Of a DNA stretch of 64,000 bases, positions 25,019-37,974 are shown piece by piece. A model generated the notes under the pieces. The model had not been told where the DNA came from and searched no databases. It saw nothing but the letters and a program-made list of their open reading frames with translations. The DNA is from Mustelus asterias (Eukaryota): contig NC_135804.1 of assembly GCF_964213995.1 (NCBI RefSeq), positions 111,724,001 to 111,788,000 on the forward strand, read 5' to 3'. Made by a program: the position numbers and the translations under genes. How positions within the stretch are numbered: the stretch's first letter is position 1; each line of letters begins with the position of its first letter.

Positions 25019-25754
25019 AGCACCCATGCAAGAGTTCATAAGGAGCATAAGAACTTTAACGTGGATGCACGAGGAAACAACGAACCAATGGAGTGAAGTA
25101 GAGATAGAGCAATGAACAACTGTGACAGCATACGAGAGTTGTGCTGTGGACTGAGCTGGGAGCCGGCTACTCAATAGACAAGGCTGACGTCACAAAAACA
25201 TGGTTTCACCAATTTTTAAAAACTGGTAATAAAGATGTATTGGTTTATGGTAAATATAATATTTTCATTCAAAGCATGAACAGGAAAATCCACGTGATGA
25301 CAGCACAATGCTGGAGTTTGTGTTAAAACCACTGGTAAGAAACTGGAAATCTCAAATTAATTTACTTTTATTCCCAGCTACCGTGCCTTAAAGACAAATT
25401 TATTATTTCATTTTCTTTAATCAAGTACTGGAAACAAAAACAACACTCCCAATATTTAGAATGAGTGATAATTGATGACTCAGTAACACTGAACAAGACA
25501 GGCTCAAGGGAAAAATGAAAATTGCATTTGTGACTTTTAGTAAATTAAATACTGTACTCATCTTTAAAATTAAACCTAAAAAAAAATACAACTGTTTTTA
25601 GTCTACTGACTTTATAGCTGTGCAACACTCCTGCCTGTCATGGGAATAATTAAGGAAACATTCTGTTTAGCCAAATTACACTGTTTATTAGTAAAGGTAC
25701 TGCAGTGTTTAATTTATTACTGAGTCTTAATGAACTTCATTTTTTTTCCCTTAC

Positions 25755-25831
25755 ATGCACTCCAAACATAGGCGAGCCACATCCATTGGGTGGTGGAGGC
25801 TTGTAATTGGATCGAGGAACTGGCTTGGATC
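25755..25831 (-). CDS. PLA2G12A: Group XIIA-type PLA2, coding exon 2
   Basis: ttgcag|(G)SKPVPRSNYKPPPPNGCGSPMFGVH|gtaagg; 77 nt; phases consistent with neighbouring exons. Confidence 0.95.
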
Positions 25832-25899
25832 CTGCAAGGAAAAATAAAAGTTTAATACATTTAATTCCCTTCCAAGCAGCCAACAACAGTCCCCATTGC

Positions 25900-26600
25900 C
25901 TTTCCTCGATGACAGCTAAAATGCCTTGATTATTGGAGTGGTACCAAAGGATTGCAAATGTTACATCCTCATTCAAAAAAGGGGAGGGAATAAAACTGAT
26001 AACAGGTCAATAAATTGGCAGGAGGGGTGGAAAAATTACTAATGGTCATTGTCAAGGACAAAATTAAGTCTCATTTGGAGAAGCGTGGATTAATAAGGAA
26101 CAGCCAGTATTAGTTCATTAAAAGCAAATTGTATCAGACTAAGATTATTGAGTTAATTGAAGAAGTAACAGAGATGCCTGACAAGATTAGTACAGTAGAT
26201 GCTCTTATGTATAAACTTTCAAAATGCATCTGACAAATTTGTTGATTCAGAAAACAGAAGCCCCAGGCACTGAAGGGACAGTAGAGACTTGGTATATAAT
26301 TAAAGCACAGAGGGTTAAAGGACAAAGTTTTTATGACTGAAGTATGGAATGGGTCGGTATTAGGACCAATGTTTGCTTGTTATATATAAATGACCTGGTT
26401 AGACCTCAACTGGTATGCTGTGGACGATCTGGACACTGCAATTTAGGAAGGACAACAAGACCTGGAGAGGGTACAGAGAAGGTTTACTGGGATGATGAAC
26501 TTTGGTCATGTGGACAGATTAGAGAAGAGGGGTTGAGGAGAACGTTGAATACAGATATTCAAAAGCGAGTAGAAGAAACTGTTTCCTTCAGCAAGTGGAT
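25900..26600 (+). mobile_element. Highly decayed CR1 LINE fragment
   Basis: ANVT.FKKG-like, YINDL and LVRPQL remnants. Confidence 0.55.
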
Positions 26601-26758
26601 TGGGAAAAAGAATTAGTGGGTAAAGGAGGTGTGTATAGGATCTGTGGTGGGATAGGTTGTATAAGTACTAAGATTAGACAAGCATGTAGCAAAAGCAAGT
26701 GCTTTTAATGGGGGAGGGCTTGAACTTTTATACAAACTGGGACAAAGCGACCAGCACA

Positions 26759-29700
26759 TATCACAGAATCCTACAGTGCCGAAGAGGCCCTTCAGCTCAT
26801 CAAGTCTGCACTGATGCATGAAATGCCCTGACCTGTCCACCTAATCCCACTTGCCAGCAATTGGCCCATAGCCTTGAATGTTATGGTGTGCCAAATACTC
26901 ATCCAGGTACATTTTAAAGGATGTGAGGCATCCCACATCCACCACCCTCTCAGGCAGCGCATTCCAGACTGTCACCACCCTCTGAGTAAAAAGATTTTTC
27001 CTCAAATCCCCCCTAAATCTCCCACCCCTCACTTTTAACTTGTGTCCCCTTGTAACTGATCCTTCAACTAAGGGGAACAGCTGCTCCTTAGCTACCCTGT
27101 CCATGCCCCTCATAATCCTGAACACCTCAACCAGGTCGCCCGTCTTCTCTGCTCCAACGAAAACAACCCAAGCCTATCCTCTCTTCATAACTTAAATGTT
27201 TCATGCCAGGCAGCATCCTGGTGAATCTCCTCTGCACTCCCTCCAGTGCATTCACATCCTTCCTATAATGTGACGACCAGAACTGCACGTAGTACACCAG
27301 CTGTGACCTCACCAAAGTTCTATACAACCTCATCATGACCTCTGCTTTTGTAATGCGTACCCCGATGCACCACCCTATTTACCTGCCTTTCGGCCTTCAG
27401 ACATCTATGGACAAACACGCCCTTTGTTCTTCGGAACTTCCCAGTGTCAGATCTTTCATAGTATACTTCTTTGTCAAATTACTCCTTCCAAAGCGCATCA
27501 CCTCACTTTTCAGGGTTTAATTCCATCTGCCACTATATCTTCCTGTAACCCAAAACACTCAGCCTCATTGTTAACCATCCAGCCAATCTTCATGTCATTG
27601 GCAAACTTACTGATCCTACCCCCCCCCCCCCCCCATAGTCATCTATGTCATTTATATAACTGATGAACTGGTCGCTAGCCTCCAATCACTAAAGCAGCCG
27701 TCTGTCAACACCCTCTGCCTCCTACCACTAAGCCAATTATGTATTCACCTTGTCAGATCACCCTGAATCCCATGTGCATTAGCCTTCTTCGTAAGTCTCC
27801 CATGTGGGCCTTTGTCAAAGGCTTTGCTGAAATCCATGTAAACTACATTAACCGCACTAACCTCATCCACACACTTGGTTACATGCTCAAAAAATTCAAT
27901 CAAATTTGTTAGGCCTCCCTTTGACAATCCCTGACTATCCCTGATCAAACCTTGCCTCTCCAAATGGAGATGGATTCTCTCCTTCAGAATCTTTTCCAGT
28001 AGTTTCCCAACCACACGCGAGATTCACTGGTCTGTAGTTCCCTGGCTTGTCTCTACAACCTTCTTAAATAGTGCGGCCACATTAGCTGTTCTCGAATCCT
28101 CTGGCACCTCCCCGGTAAGAAGTCTCACAACACCAGGTTAAAGTCCAACAGGTTTACTGGTAGCACAAGCCACCAGCTTTCGGAGCCGTGCCCCTTCATC
28201 TCACCTGATGAAGGGGCAGGGCTCCAAAAGCTGGTGGCTTGTGCTACCAAGTAAACCTGTTGGACTTTAACCTGGTGTTGTGAGACTTCTTGCTGTGCTT
28301 ACCCCAGTCCAACGCCGGCATCTCCACATCATGACTTTCCCGGTGGCCAGGGAGGAATTGAAAATTTGGGTAAAGCCCCTGCAACCGCCTCCCTTGCTTC
28401 CCACACAACTTGGGACACAATTCATCCGGACCTGTAGATTTGTCCACTTTTAAGCCCGCCAATACCTTGTCCCTGTGATAATTTTCTCTAGAGCCTCACA
28501 GTCTCTCTTCCCCCCCCCCACCCCGAGTTGCATAGCTAACTCCTCATTCTCATGAGTGAAGACACATGTGTAATATTCATTTAACACCCTACCAATGTCC
28601 TCTGCCTCCACCCACAGATTTCCCCCTTGGTCCCTAATTGGCCCTACTCTTTCCCTGGTTATCCCCTTCCCATTGATAAATTTATAGAATATCTTTGGAT
28701 TTTCCCTACTTTTACCAGCCAGAGCTTTCTCATATCCCCTTTGCTCTCCTAATTGATTTCTTAAGCTCCATCCTGCACTTTCTGTACTCCACTAATGCCT
28801 CCACAGACTTACTCCCCTTATACCTGTTAAAAGCCTCTTGCTTTCATTGTATCCTGAATATCTCTGGTCATCCATGGTTCTCTGGGTTTGTTACAACTAT
28901 TACCCTAAAGGGAACATGTTTGGCCTGTACCCTCCCCATTTCAGCTTTGAACATCCCCCACTGCTCTTCGGTAGATTTCCCCACAAGTAACTTGTTCCAC
29001 TCTACCTTGGCCAGAGCCTGCCTAATTTTGTTCAAATCTACTCTCTCCTAATCCAAAACCTTTTTCTGCAACTTGTCAATTTCTTTGAGCATAACAAATT
29101 TGAATTGAACCATGCTGTGGTCGCTATCACCAACATGCTCCCCTACTAACACATCAACTACCTATCCGGCTTCCCCAGAATTAGGTCCAGCACAGCTCCC
29201 TCCCTTGTTGGATCCTCTACATATTGACCCAAGAAGTTTTCCTGTATACATTTTAAGAACTCTACTCCATCTAAGCCATTAACACGATGGCTATCCCAAT
29301 TAATGTTGGGAAAGTTGAAATCAGCTAATATAATTACCCTCATTATTTTTTACATCCCTCTGCGAATTGCACACATATTTGCTCTTCAATTTCCCGCTGA
29401 CTATCTGGGGGTCTATAATAAACACCTAGCAACGTAGCTGTCCCTTTTTTATTCCTAAGCTCTACCCACAAAGCTTCATTTGATGTCCCCTCCAACATAT
29501 CCTCTCTCCTTACTGCAGTAACTGCCTCCTTAACTAATAATGCAATGCTTTTACCCCCTCTTTTACCCCCTCTTCTGCGTCGCCTGAACATTCTATATCC
29601 CAGGACGTTGAACTGCCAATTCTGCCCCTCACTCAACCACATCTCTATGATGGCTATTATATCATAATTACACATGTCAATCCTCGCCCTTAACTCATCT

Positions 29701-30615
29701 GTTTTACCTTTAATACTCCTGGCATTTAGGTGGAGGCCCTCCAGCCTTGTCTTACTTCCTTGAAACTTACTACTGCTGTATTCCTTCTGACCTGATTATG
29801 TCTGGGTTCCCTCCCCCTGCCAAACTAGTTTAAACTCTTCCCAACAGCACTAGCAAACCCACCAGATAGGATGTTAATCCCGCTCTGGTTCAGATGTAGA
29901 CCATCCCGTTTGTACATGTCCCACCTTACCCAAAAACGATCCCAGTGGTCTAGGAATCTAAAATCCTCCCTCCTGCACCAACTCTTAAGCCACACATTCA
30001 TCTGTGCTATTCTCCTATTACTGTACTCACTAGCTCATGGCACTGGGAGTAATCAAGGTATTACAACCCGAGAGGTCTTGGTCCTTAGTCTATTGTTTAA
30101 CTCCCTGAATTCTTGGTGCAAGACCTCATCCCTCTTTCTACCTACGTCATTGGTACCAACATGTACCATGACCTCTGCCTTATCACCCTCCCCCTTTAGG
30201 ATGCCCTGCAGCCGTTCAGTGACATCTCGGACCCTGGCACCAGGGAGACAGCACACCATCCTGGAGTCTCTTTCACGATCACAGAAGTGCCTCTCAGTGC
30301 CCCTGCTTATGGAGTCCCCAATGACTATTGCTCTCCTCTGCTTTGACCCTCCCTGCTGAACAACAGAGCCAGCCGTGGTGCCACTGCACTGACCACTGCT
30401 GCTGTTTTCCCCCAATAGGCCACCCCCCCCCCCCAACAGTATCCAATGCGGTATACCTGTTAGAGAGGGGGACAGCCACGGGGGATTCCTGCACTGACTG
30501 CCTGCCCTTATGGCGGTCACCCATCTATCTGCCTGCACCTTTGGTGTGACCACATCTCTGTAACTCATGTCTATGACATTTTCCGTCACCTGCATGCTTC
30601 TAAGTGCACCCAACT
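26759..30615 (-). mobile_element. Near full-length, decayed CR1/HER1-type LINE
   Basis: ORF1 esterase (VIGDS..CLPGA..HVGTND, 30053-30610), endonuclease (YDIIAI.E.W, GVYYRPP, DFNFP), RT ([10 protein letters not shown]), 3' tail at about 26760. Confidence 0.93.
28115..28338 (+). mobile_element. Palindromic mini-PLE (family A) inserted in a CR1 LINE
   Basis: ~86-bp inverted arms 28115-28200 / 28207-28293, then tail ..CCAGTCCAACGCCGGCATCTCCACAT; CCCGGT on both flanks. Confidence 0.85.
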
Positions 30616-30789
30616 GTATCAGAAAGGTAGTTAATTTCCTGAGTGTATCCAGGGTCGTTTTCTGCAACAATTTGTTCAACAAGGGCACATGTCATATAGT
30701 AATGAGCAAAATTACTTAACAGTGAGTGAAATGATCAAATAGCAATCATAAAATTATTTAGTGAGGGTAAAGGAGGGAGACTGCGAAAG

Positions 30790-31170
30790 TAATAGTGACA
30801 GAAGATTCTATAGTTAGGGGAACAGCCAGATGTTTCCGCAACTGTAGATGTGAACCAATCCCGGATGATATGCTGGGTCAACAGCCAGTGGTCGATAACA
30901 GTACCGACGACAGGTAGAAAGAAATGAGGTCCTACAGGCAGATTTTAAGGAACTAGGAAAGAGAGTAGCTAGTGGAACCTCAAAAGGTAATAATCTCTGG
31001 ATTACTCCTGGTGCCCTGCACTAGTAGGTACAGAATAAGGAGATGGAGCAGTTGAATAGATGACTGGAGAAGGTGCAGAAGGAAGGGCTTCATGGTTCCT
31101 AGGCCACTGGGATCAGTTGTGGAGGAGATGCGACCTATACAAGCCAGATAAGTTGCACCTAAACATATTC
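30790..31170 (+). mobile_element. Decayed CR1 ORF1 (esterase) fragment
   Basis: VIVTEDSIVRGT.R.F and KVIISGLLLVP remnants. Confidence 0.6.
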
Positions 31171-31611
31171 AGAGCCAAAGTTCTCCAGTGATTTCAGTTT
31201 ATGAAGTAATATGGGTAGAGTTAAGTCCATAGATCACTGTGACCTCATGGAATGCGATGATTGGTTTCAGTTCTGCTACCATGTCTCACTCTTGCTTTAT
31301 AAGTTGTTTGGAAATCATCTGTCTTCAGCCAAGTCGGTCACAGTAACACAGAATGTGACCTGGTCAAGAGTAGAATAATTAACTGAGGTAAAATGATTTG
31401 TGACATATATCACGTGAATAAAACACATGGCTCACGATATTCTGTAAAGCATTTGTGGTGATAATGTACAGTTTTAAATAATAAACAAGAGCTCAGTATA
31501 TATTTTAGCCAATGTTCATAAACCAGATTTGATTTTTATTGCATCAGCGAACTTTTTATTTGTCTGGAATAAACACACTTTGTACCAAGTGGCTAAATAG
31601 CCTACTCCTGG

Positions 31612-31840
31612 ATTCATAGATTCATAGATCCCTACAGTGCAGAAAGAGGCCATTCGGCCCATCGAGTCTGCACCGACCACAATCCCACCCAGGCCCTACC
31701 CCCATATCCCTACATATTTTACCCGCTAATCCCTCTAACCTACTCATCTCAGGACACTAAGGGGCAATTTTAGCATGGCCAATCAACCTAACCCGCACAT
31801 CTTTGGACTGTGGGAGGAAACCGGAGCACCCGGAGGAAAT
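31612..31840 (-). mobile_element. HE1-type V-SINE, 5'-truncated
   Basis: Near-identical to 52307-52530. Confidence 0.88.
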
Positions 31841-33625
31841 CCTGTTCCTATGTTTCTTAGAGTGAACCTCCTGCAAGCAGATGCATCTTTCTCTACGAGA
31901 ACAGTGAACAGCCCTATTTGTAAGAGTTTTACTTGGGTTACACTGTTAGACAGCATAGCTCCTGTCTCAGCATGACACAAGAGAACCATTGATATTATTA
32001 AAACCAATTAGTACTGACAGCCTAATGACTCACAAGGGTTCCAAACTAATCCAGAACATCCATTACATTTGGAACTTTTCACTGAAGTGCAAACTCTTTC
32101 CCTGTCAGTGATCAAAACAAGATATTCAACATTGGCAAAATGGAAAGCTAAATCCACAACACGATCATTTAAATTGACACAAGGAGGATAAGGAAACACA
32201 AGCAAAAGCCAATATTGTTCCTGGAATCATAAGTTGAAGCAGTCAATTTAAAGAATGCCTATTTCATATCATTCACATTCATTAATTTTTCCTGATGCCT
32301 GGACAAATTTAATAACGGTAAATCTGTGCAACAAAATTAGCTTACAGTAGGTTTCACTTCACTCATTAAACATTGCTATGAATAATGAGTACACTTGTAA
32401 CTGTCACACAGTTAAAATTCCATGTTTAGCACAAATCCTGCATACTCATCAAGCAGAGGCAAAGCCTCCCAAATACAGTACAGATCAACTTCTACCTACA
32501 CAATGGTTCTTTCATAAAGACAACAAGCTGTGTGGGTGAGGTGCTTTCAATCTCTCTGTCTCATGGGCTCAGATTCATTATTTTTACATAACTAAGCAGG
32601 TAGGGAATCCTGACCAGGACAGCATTTCTTTATTGCCTGGCAACAAGAGCTTCAGGCACTGTAGTAGGACAGTTAGTGAACAGCTTACAGATAAGTATAA
32701 CAGAAGTTTCTTTTTAGAGTTGCCATTTAGAAAGATTGATTTCCTATAAAATTTGTTCATTCCACGCATATTGAAAGTTCACCAATAGAATAGAGATCAA
32801 ATCTGCTTTATGGACATCGGCCAAAATATATACTGAGCTCTCACATATTACTTAAAACTGAACACTATCAGCACTCACGCTTTACAGAATATTGCAGGTC
32901 GTGTGTTATACTTGTGTGAGACGCTATCAATCATACAAATTGAAGCTGTACTTTTTACCTAATTTATTATTCTATCCTTGCCCAGGTCACATTCTGTGTT
33001 ACCGTGACCAGCTCGGCTGAAGACATGATTTTAAAACAACTTAGAGCAGGAGTGAGACAAGTTAACAGAACAAGCAACTGACCATCAAATCAAAATCAGC
33101 TGCAATTGGTCCCGATGGCAATAATGTGTCCACCATATGATGGCCAATAAGAATCTTCGAAAGATGGTTTAAGTTATTACAGTCCAATCAATCAGGATCA
33201 TCTGCAACCAATGTGGTGGATATGCTGAGTTTAATCACAATTCATAAGACAGAATGTAACACACTCGTTATACAATAAAAACATACAATCATGACATGTA
33301 GCCTGGGCCAATCCAGATTGAGTAGGATGGCTGGCAAGTATGAACAACTTTTTTTTCTACTTTCTCTTCTCTTTTCATTGCCTTCACAACCTCTAAAAAT
33401 ACCCAAGAGTGTTAACATGGATTTACCCATAGGCATTTCTCTCCACCACCTCTTGCACTGAGATCTCCCAAAGTCTCTTACTTTATATCGTTTTTTTCCC
33501 CAAGGTGAACCTGGACCTTTTATTGATGAGGCTTTATCGCCCTATAAATATTCACTTTATCATGAAATACCCCAGGAAACATCAATCTATTTGCCAAAGC
33601 CATTGGGTTGACAATACTGCCCTTT

Positions 33626-33940
33626 GGGGCAGCACAGTGCTTAGCACTGCTGCCTCACAGCGCCAGGGACTCGGGTTCAATTCCAGCCTTGGGTGTCTGC
33701 TTGTGTGGAGTTTGCACATTCTCCCTGTGTCTGCATGGGTTTCCTCTGGGTGCTCCGATTTCTTCCCACAGTCCAAAGATGTGCGAGTTAGGTTGATTGG
33801 CCATGCTAAATTGCCCCTTAGTGTCAAGGGAATTAGGAAGGTAAATATATGGGGTTATGGGGATAGGACCTGGATGGGATTGTTGTCGGTGCAGGCTTAA
33901 TGGGCCAAATGGCCTCCTTCTGCACTGTAGGTTCTATGAT
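33626..33940 (+). mobile_element. HE1-type V-SINE
   Basis: Head, core and tail present. Confidence 0.9.
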
Positions 33941-34565
33941 TAATGCCATTAAATTATTTAGTCTTCTGTCCTTGATCAATCAGATCTAGGTCTTGCAGTA
34001 TCTTTTCCCTATCACTTCTCAAGAAAGATTCCATCTCTGGCATAAAAATTTCATTATCCATATCTGCCTCGTCACCATTTACTTATGCTCATTCATGAGG
34101 CCTGTTAATGAACTGTATACAATGGCTATCCAGTCCTGTATCCTTGTTTCATACCAAGGGATAATTCACTCACTGAAGAAACTTCTGTTCTACTTCCATG
34201 TACTAATTAACTGACATTCCAACAAGAGTCCTAACTAAGCAAGGCTGAACAAAAATCTTAAGTTTTGTTGTATGGTTATCTATTCATGCATTAATCATGC
34301 TATGGTCACTTATTCAGGTTGGCTATCATTAGCTTTTTTTAACCTACATACACCAAGCATTTTTACCAAATCTTAGCCTTTACTGTTCTAATTCAGATAA
34401 CCACGTGATGGAGGATAAAACTGGAGTCTAACATCTTTACACATTTAAAAGCTTTTATCTACAGAGACACACATTACAAACATTAATCTCTGCACCCAAA
34501 AGTCATAGTTTGTCTTCTCTTCTATATGGAAGCACAAGTAAATCCTCAATTAATACCCACCACTT

Positions 34566-34899
34566 AGAATCACAGAAATCCTACAGTGCAGAAAGAGGCA
34601 TTTGGCCCATCGAGTCTGCACCGACCACAATCCCACCCAGGCCCTACCCCCATATCCCTACATATTTACCCACTAATCCCGCTAACCTACGCATCTCAGG
34701 ACACTAAGGGGCAATTTTAGCATGGCCAATCAATCTAACCCGCACATCTTTGGACTGTGGGAGGAAACCGGAGCACACCCACGCAGACACGAGGAGAATG
34801 TGCAAACTCCACATAGACAGTGACCCAAGCCAGGAATCGAACCCAGGTCCCTGGAGCTGTGGAGCAGCAGTGCTAAACACTGTGCTACTATGCCGCCCC
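34566..34899 (-). mobile_element. HE1-type V-SINE
   Basis: Full length, reverse orientation. Confidence 0.9.
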
Positions 34900-35911
34900 T
34901 TGTGTACTATGCAATTAATACACAACTAACAGCCTCCCTTCTCCTTCAATGAAAATTAAATTTTTGATAAAATATTTAAGAAATGAAATCACAACTTCCA
35001 TATTCTGTATTAGATTGTGACCTGCCTGCCCTCTGGCACCTCTAACAGTTAATCCAAAAATGTATTTCTTTTATTGACAGTTGGTGGCTTGAATCCACTC
35101 ATTTAACTTTAGAAATTATTTTTCTCTGCAGAATGTTGCAAGTTGATTTTTCTCTGCAGAATGTTGCAAGCTGCTGGCAAGTCAATCGGTAACCTTTTCT
35201 CACTCATTTTTCATAGTGTGCATTAACCCACAATGAATGATTATCTACATTACATTTGGATGGTATACTGTTGTCAGCACACCCACTGTACAGGATATCA
35301 TTTAAAATATTTGGCAAACAAATTTCCACTTCCACCGCCTCCACAACACCCAGTGTTTTATCAACTTTTACTTTCTTAGCTTCCCGAGCTAAAAGACAAC
35401 AACATTTTTGATTCGCAGAGATAAAGAATTCTCTGAAACCAAACCAGTTACACCAGTATACCCTTCAGGAAAGTTAGCACTTAGTGAAGCACTGCTAAAA
35501 ATGACTTACTTCATATTCTTTGGGTTACCTAGGAATGGGAGCTTAACTACACACTTATCCAAATTTAATTGACTTGATATTTCACTTGCCTTTAAAATAT
35601 TCTCTACTTTAGGATGTTTCATTGCAGGACTGAACTAAAGTACATCAAAACTAGTATGCTTCTTGCCTGAGCACACAACCAGTTCGACCCACTATGAAAT
35701 TCCTCTCTTATGCTATCAGAGGTCCTTCCTTCAGTTTTTGATCATTTTCTGTTATAAGAATTACTTCCAGACTCAATACCAATGCTTGCACTTTCATCCT
35801 ATTCTGCCAGTCCATGAATCTCACTTCTTGGCCATCAGCCTGAACAATTCAACTAAAATTTAAACTTGCAGTAGTTTTTCCTGCATGTCCCACAATTGTC
35901 ATATCCCTCCA

Positions 35912-37162
35912 GTCATAGAGTCATGAAGGTTTACAGCATTGAAACAGACCCTTCAGCCCAACTTGTCTATGCCACCCTTTTTTTTAAAACCACTAAGCTA
36001 GTCCCAATTGCCCGCGCTTGGCCCACTTCCCTCAATAGCCATCTTACTCATATAACTGTCCAAATGATTTTTAAAAGACAAAATTGTACCCACCTCTACT
36101 GTTACCTCTGGCAGCTTGTTCCAGACACTCCACCCTGTGTGTGAAAGAATTACCCCTCTGGACCCTTTTATATCTCTCCCCTCTCACCTTAAACCTATGC
36201 CCTCTAGTTTTAGGTTCCCCTACCTTTGGGAAAAGATATTGACTATCTAGCTGATCTATACTCCTCATTATTTTATAGACCTCTAAGATCACCCCCAAGC
36301 CTTCTACGCTTCAGAGAAAAAGGTCCCAGTCTATCCAGCCTCTCCTTATAACTCAAACCATCCAGTCCTGGTAGCATCCTAGTAAATCTTTTCTGCACTC
36401 TTTATAGTTTAATAATATCCTTTCTATAATAGGGTGACCAGAACTGTACACAGTATTCCAAGTGTGGCCTTATCAATGTCTTGTATAAGTTCAATAAGAC
36501 GTCCTAACTCCTGTATTCAATGTTCTGACCAATGAAACCAAGCATGTTGAATGTCTTCTTTCACACTGTCCACCTGTGACTCCACTTTCAATGAGCTATG
36601 AACATGTACCCCTAGGTCTCTTTGTTCTATAACTCTCCCCAACACCCTGCCATTAACTGAGTAAGTCCTGGTTCGATCTACCAAAATGCATCACCTCGTA
36701 TTTATCTAAATTAAACTCCATCTGCCATTCGTCAGCCCACTGGCCCAATTCACCGTGGTCTCCGGAAGCAATCCTCGATAACCTTCTTCACTGTCCACTA
36801 TGCCACCAATCCTGGTGTCATCTGCAAACTTACTAACCATGCCACCTAAATTCTCATTCAAATCATTAATATAAATGACAAATAACAGTGGACCCAACAC
36901 CGATCCCTGAGGCACATCACTGGTCACAGGCCTCAAGTTTGAAAAACAATCCTCTACAACCTTCTGTCTTCTGTCATCAAGCCAATTTTGTATCCATTTG
37001 GCTACCTCACCCTGGATCCCGTGAGATTTAATCTTATGCAACAACCTACCATGCAGTACCTTGTCAAAGGCCTTGCTAAAGTCCATGTAGACAACATCAA
37101 TTGTACTGCCCTCATCTACCTTCTTGGTTACCCCTTCAAAAAACTCAATCAAATTTGTGAGT
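35912..37162 (-). mobile_element. CR1 LINE, 5'-truncated
   Basis: [37 protein letters not shown]. Confidence 0.92.
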
Positions 37163-37638
37163 CCTTTGACCTTTCTGAAAATATGTTATCCGAGTAGCAG
37201 ACTGGGTAATTGGCCTCTGGATGTGATAGCCCTGATCACTCTCATTACCACTATCTACTAACATTCTGTTCCTCAGGACCTTCACCTTAAGACACATGAG
37301 CATTTGAAGCACAAGGTACCTTGTTTCCTTTTTTCAACTGCACAGAGTCCAGGATTTTCTAACTAATTCCAATTAATTGTGAGGAATGAAACTTTACGGT
37401 TTGATAAGTATCATCCTTCCATCACAATCTTTTCTGAATTTTACCATTCCTCAAAACTCTACATGATTAAATCTCTTGAATTTAATGCAATGCCTTAGTA
37501 CTTTATCAATATTCTTAGTGAGCACAGTTGTGATGAAACACTCTTCTTCCTTCATGCTTTCAAATGTTCAGAAAAAATGGGAGTAGGTGGATTATTACAA
37601 TGAACAGAAGGCAATTATTTCACCTACAGCCTAGTTGA

Positions 37639-37962
37639 TAAGCCTACTTGTGACTAATGAATTAACCTTAATAATACTTTAATAAATCCATTACAGCCAT
37701 CTCTTTCAACACCCAGGGATATAGATCATCAGGTCCATGGGGATTTGCCAACTTTCAGTCCCATTAATTTCTCCTGTACTATCTTTTACTGCTTTCTTTC
37801 AGTTTCTCATTCATGCTAATTCCTTGATTCTCTCGGATTTCTAGGAGGTTTTTTTATATCTTCCTCCAGGAGAACAGACACAAAGTATTTGGTTAGTTTC
37901 TCTACCATTTCCTTGTTTCCCCATTATAACTTCTCCTGTCTCTGCCTATAATTTGTCTTTGA
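37639..37962 (+). repeat. 324-bp local duplication, copy 1
   Basis: Matches 39266-39589 with 2 substitutions by my reading. Confidence 0.92.
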
Positions 37963-37974
37963 CTATATCATTAA

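Noticed and set aside
30053-30688. SGNH/GDSL esterase-like ORF as a host gene
   Set aside because: It is the known esterase-type ORF1 of the CR1 LINE whose ORF2 follows directly
35118-35170. Two copies of a 25-bp sequence with a 28-bp period
   Set aside because: Ordinary slippage duplication in an intron
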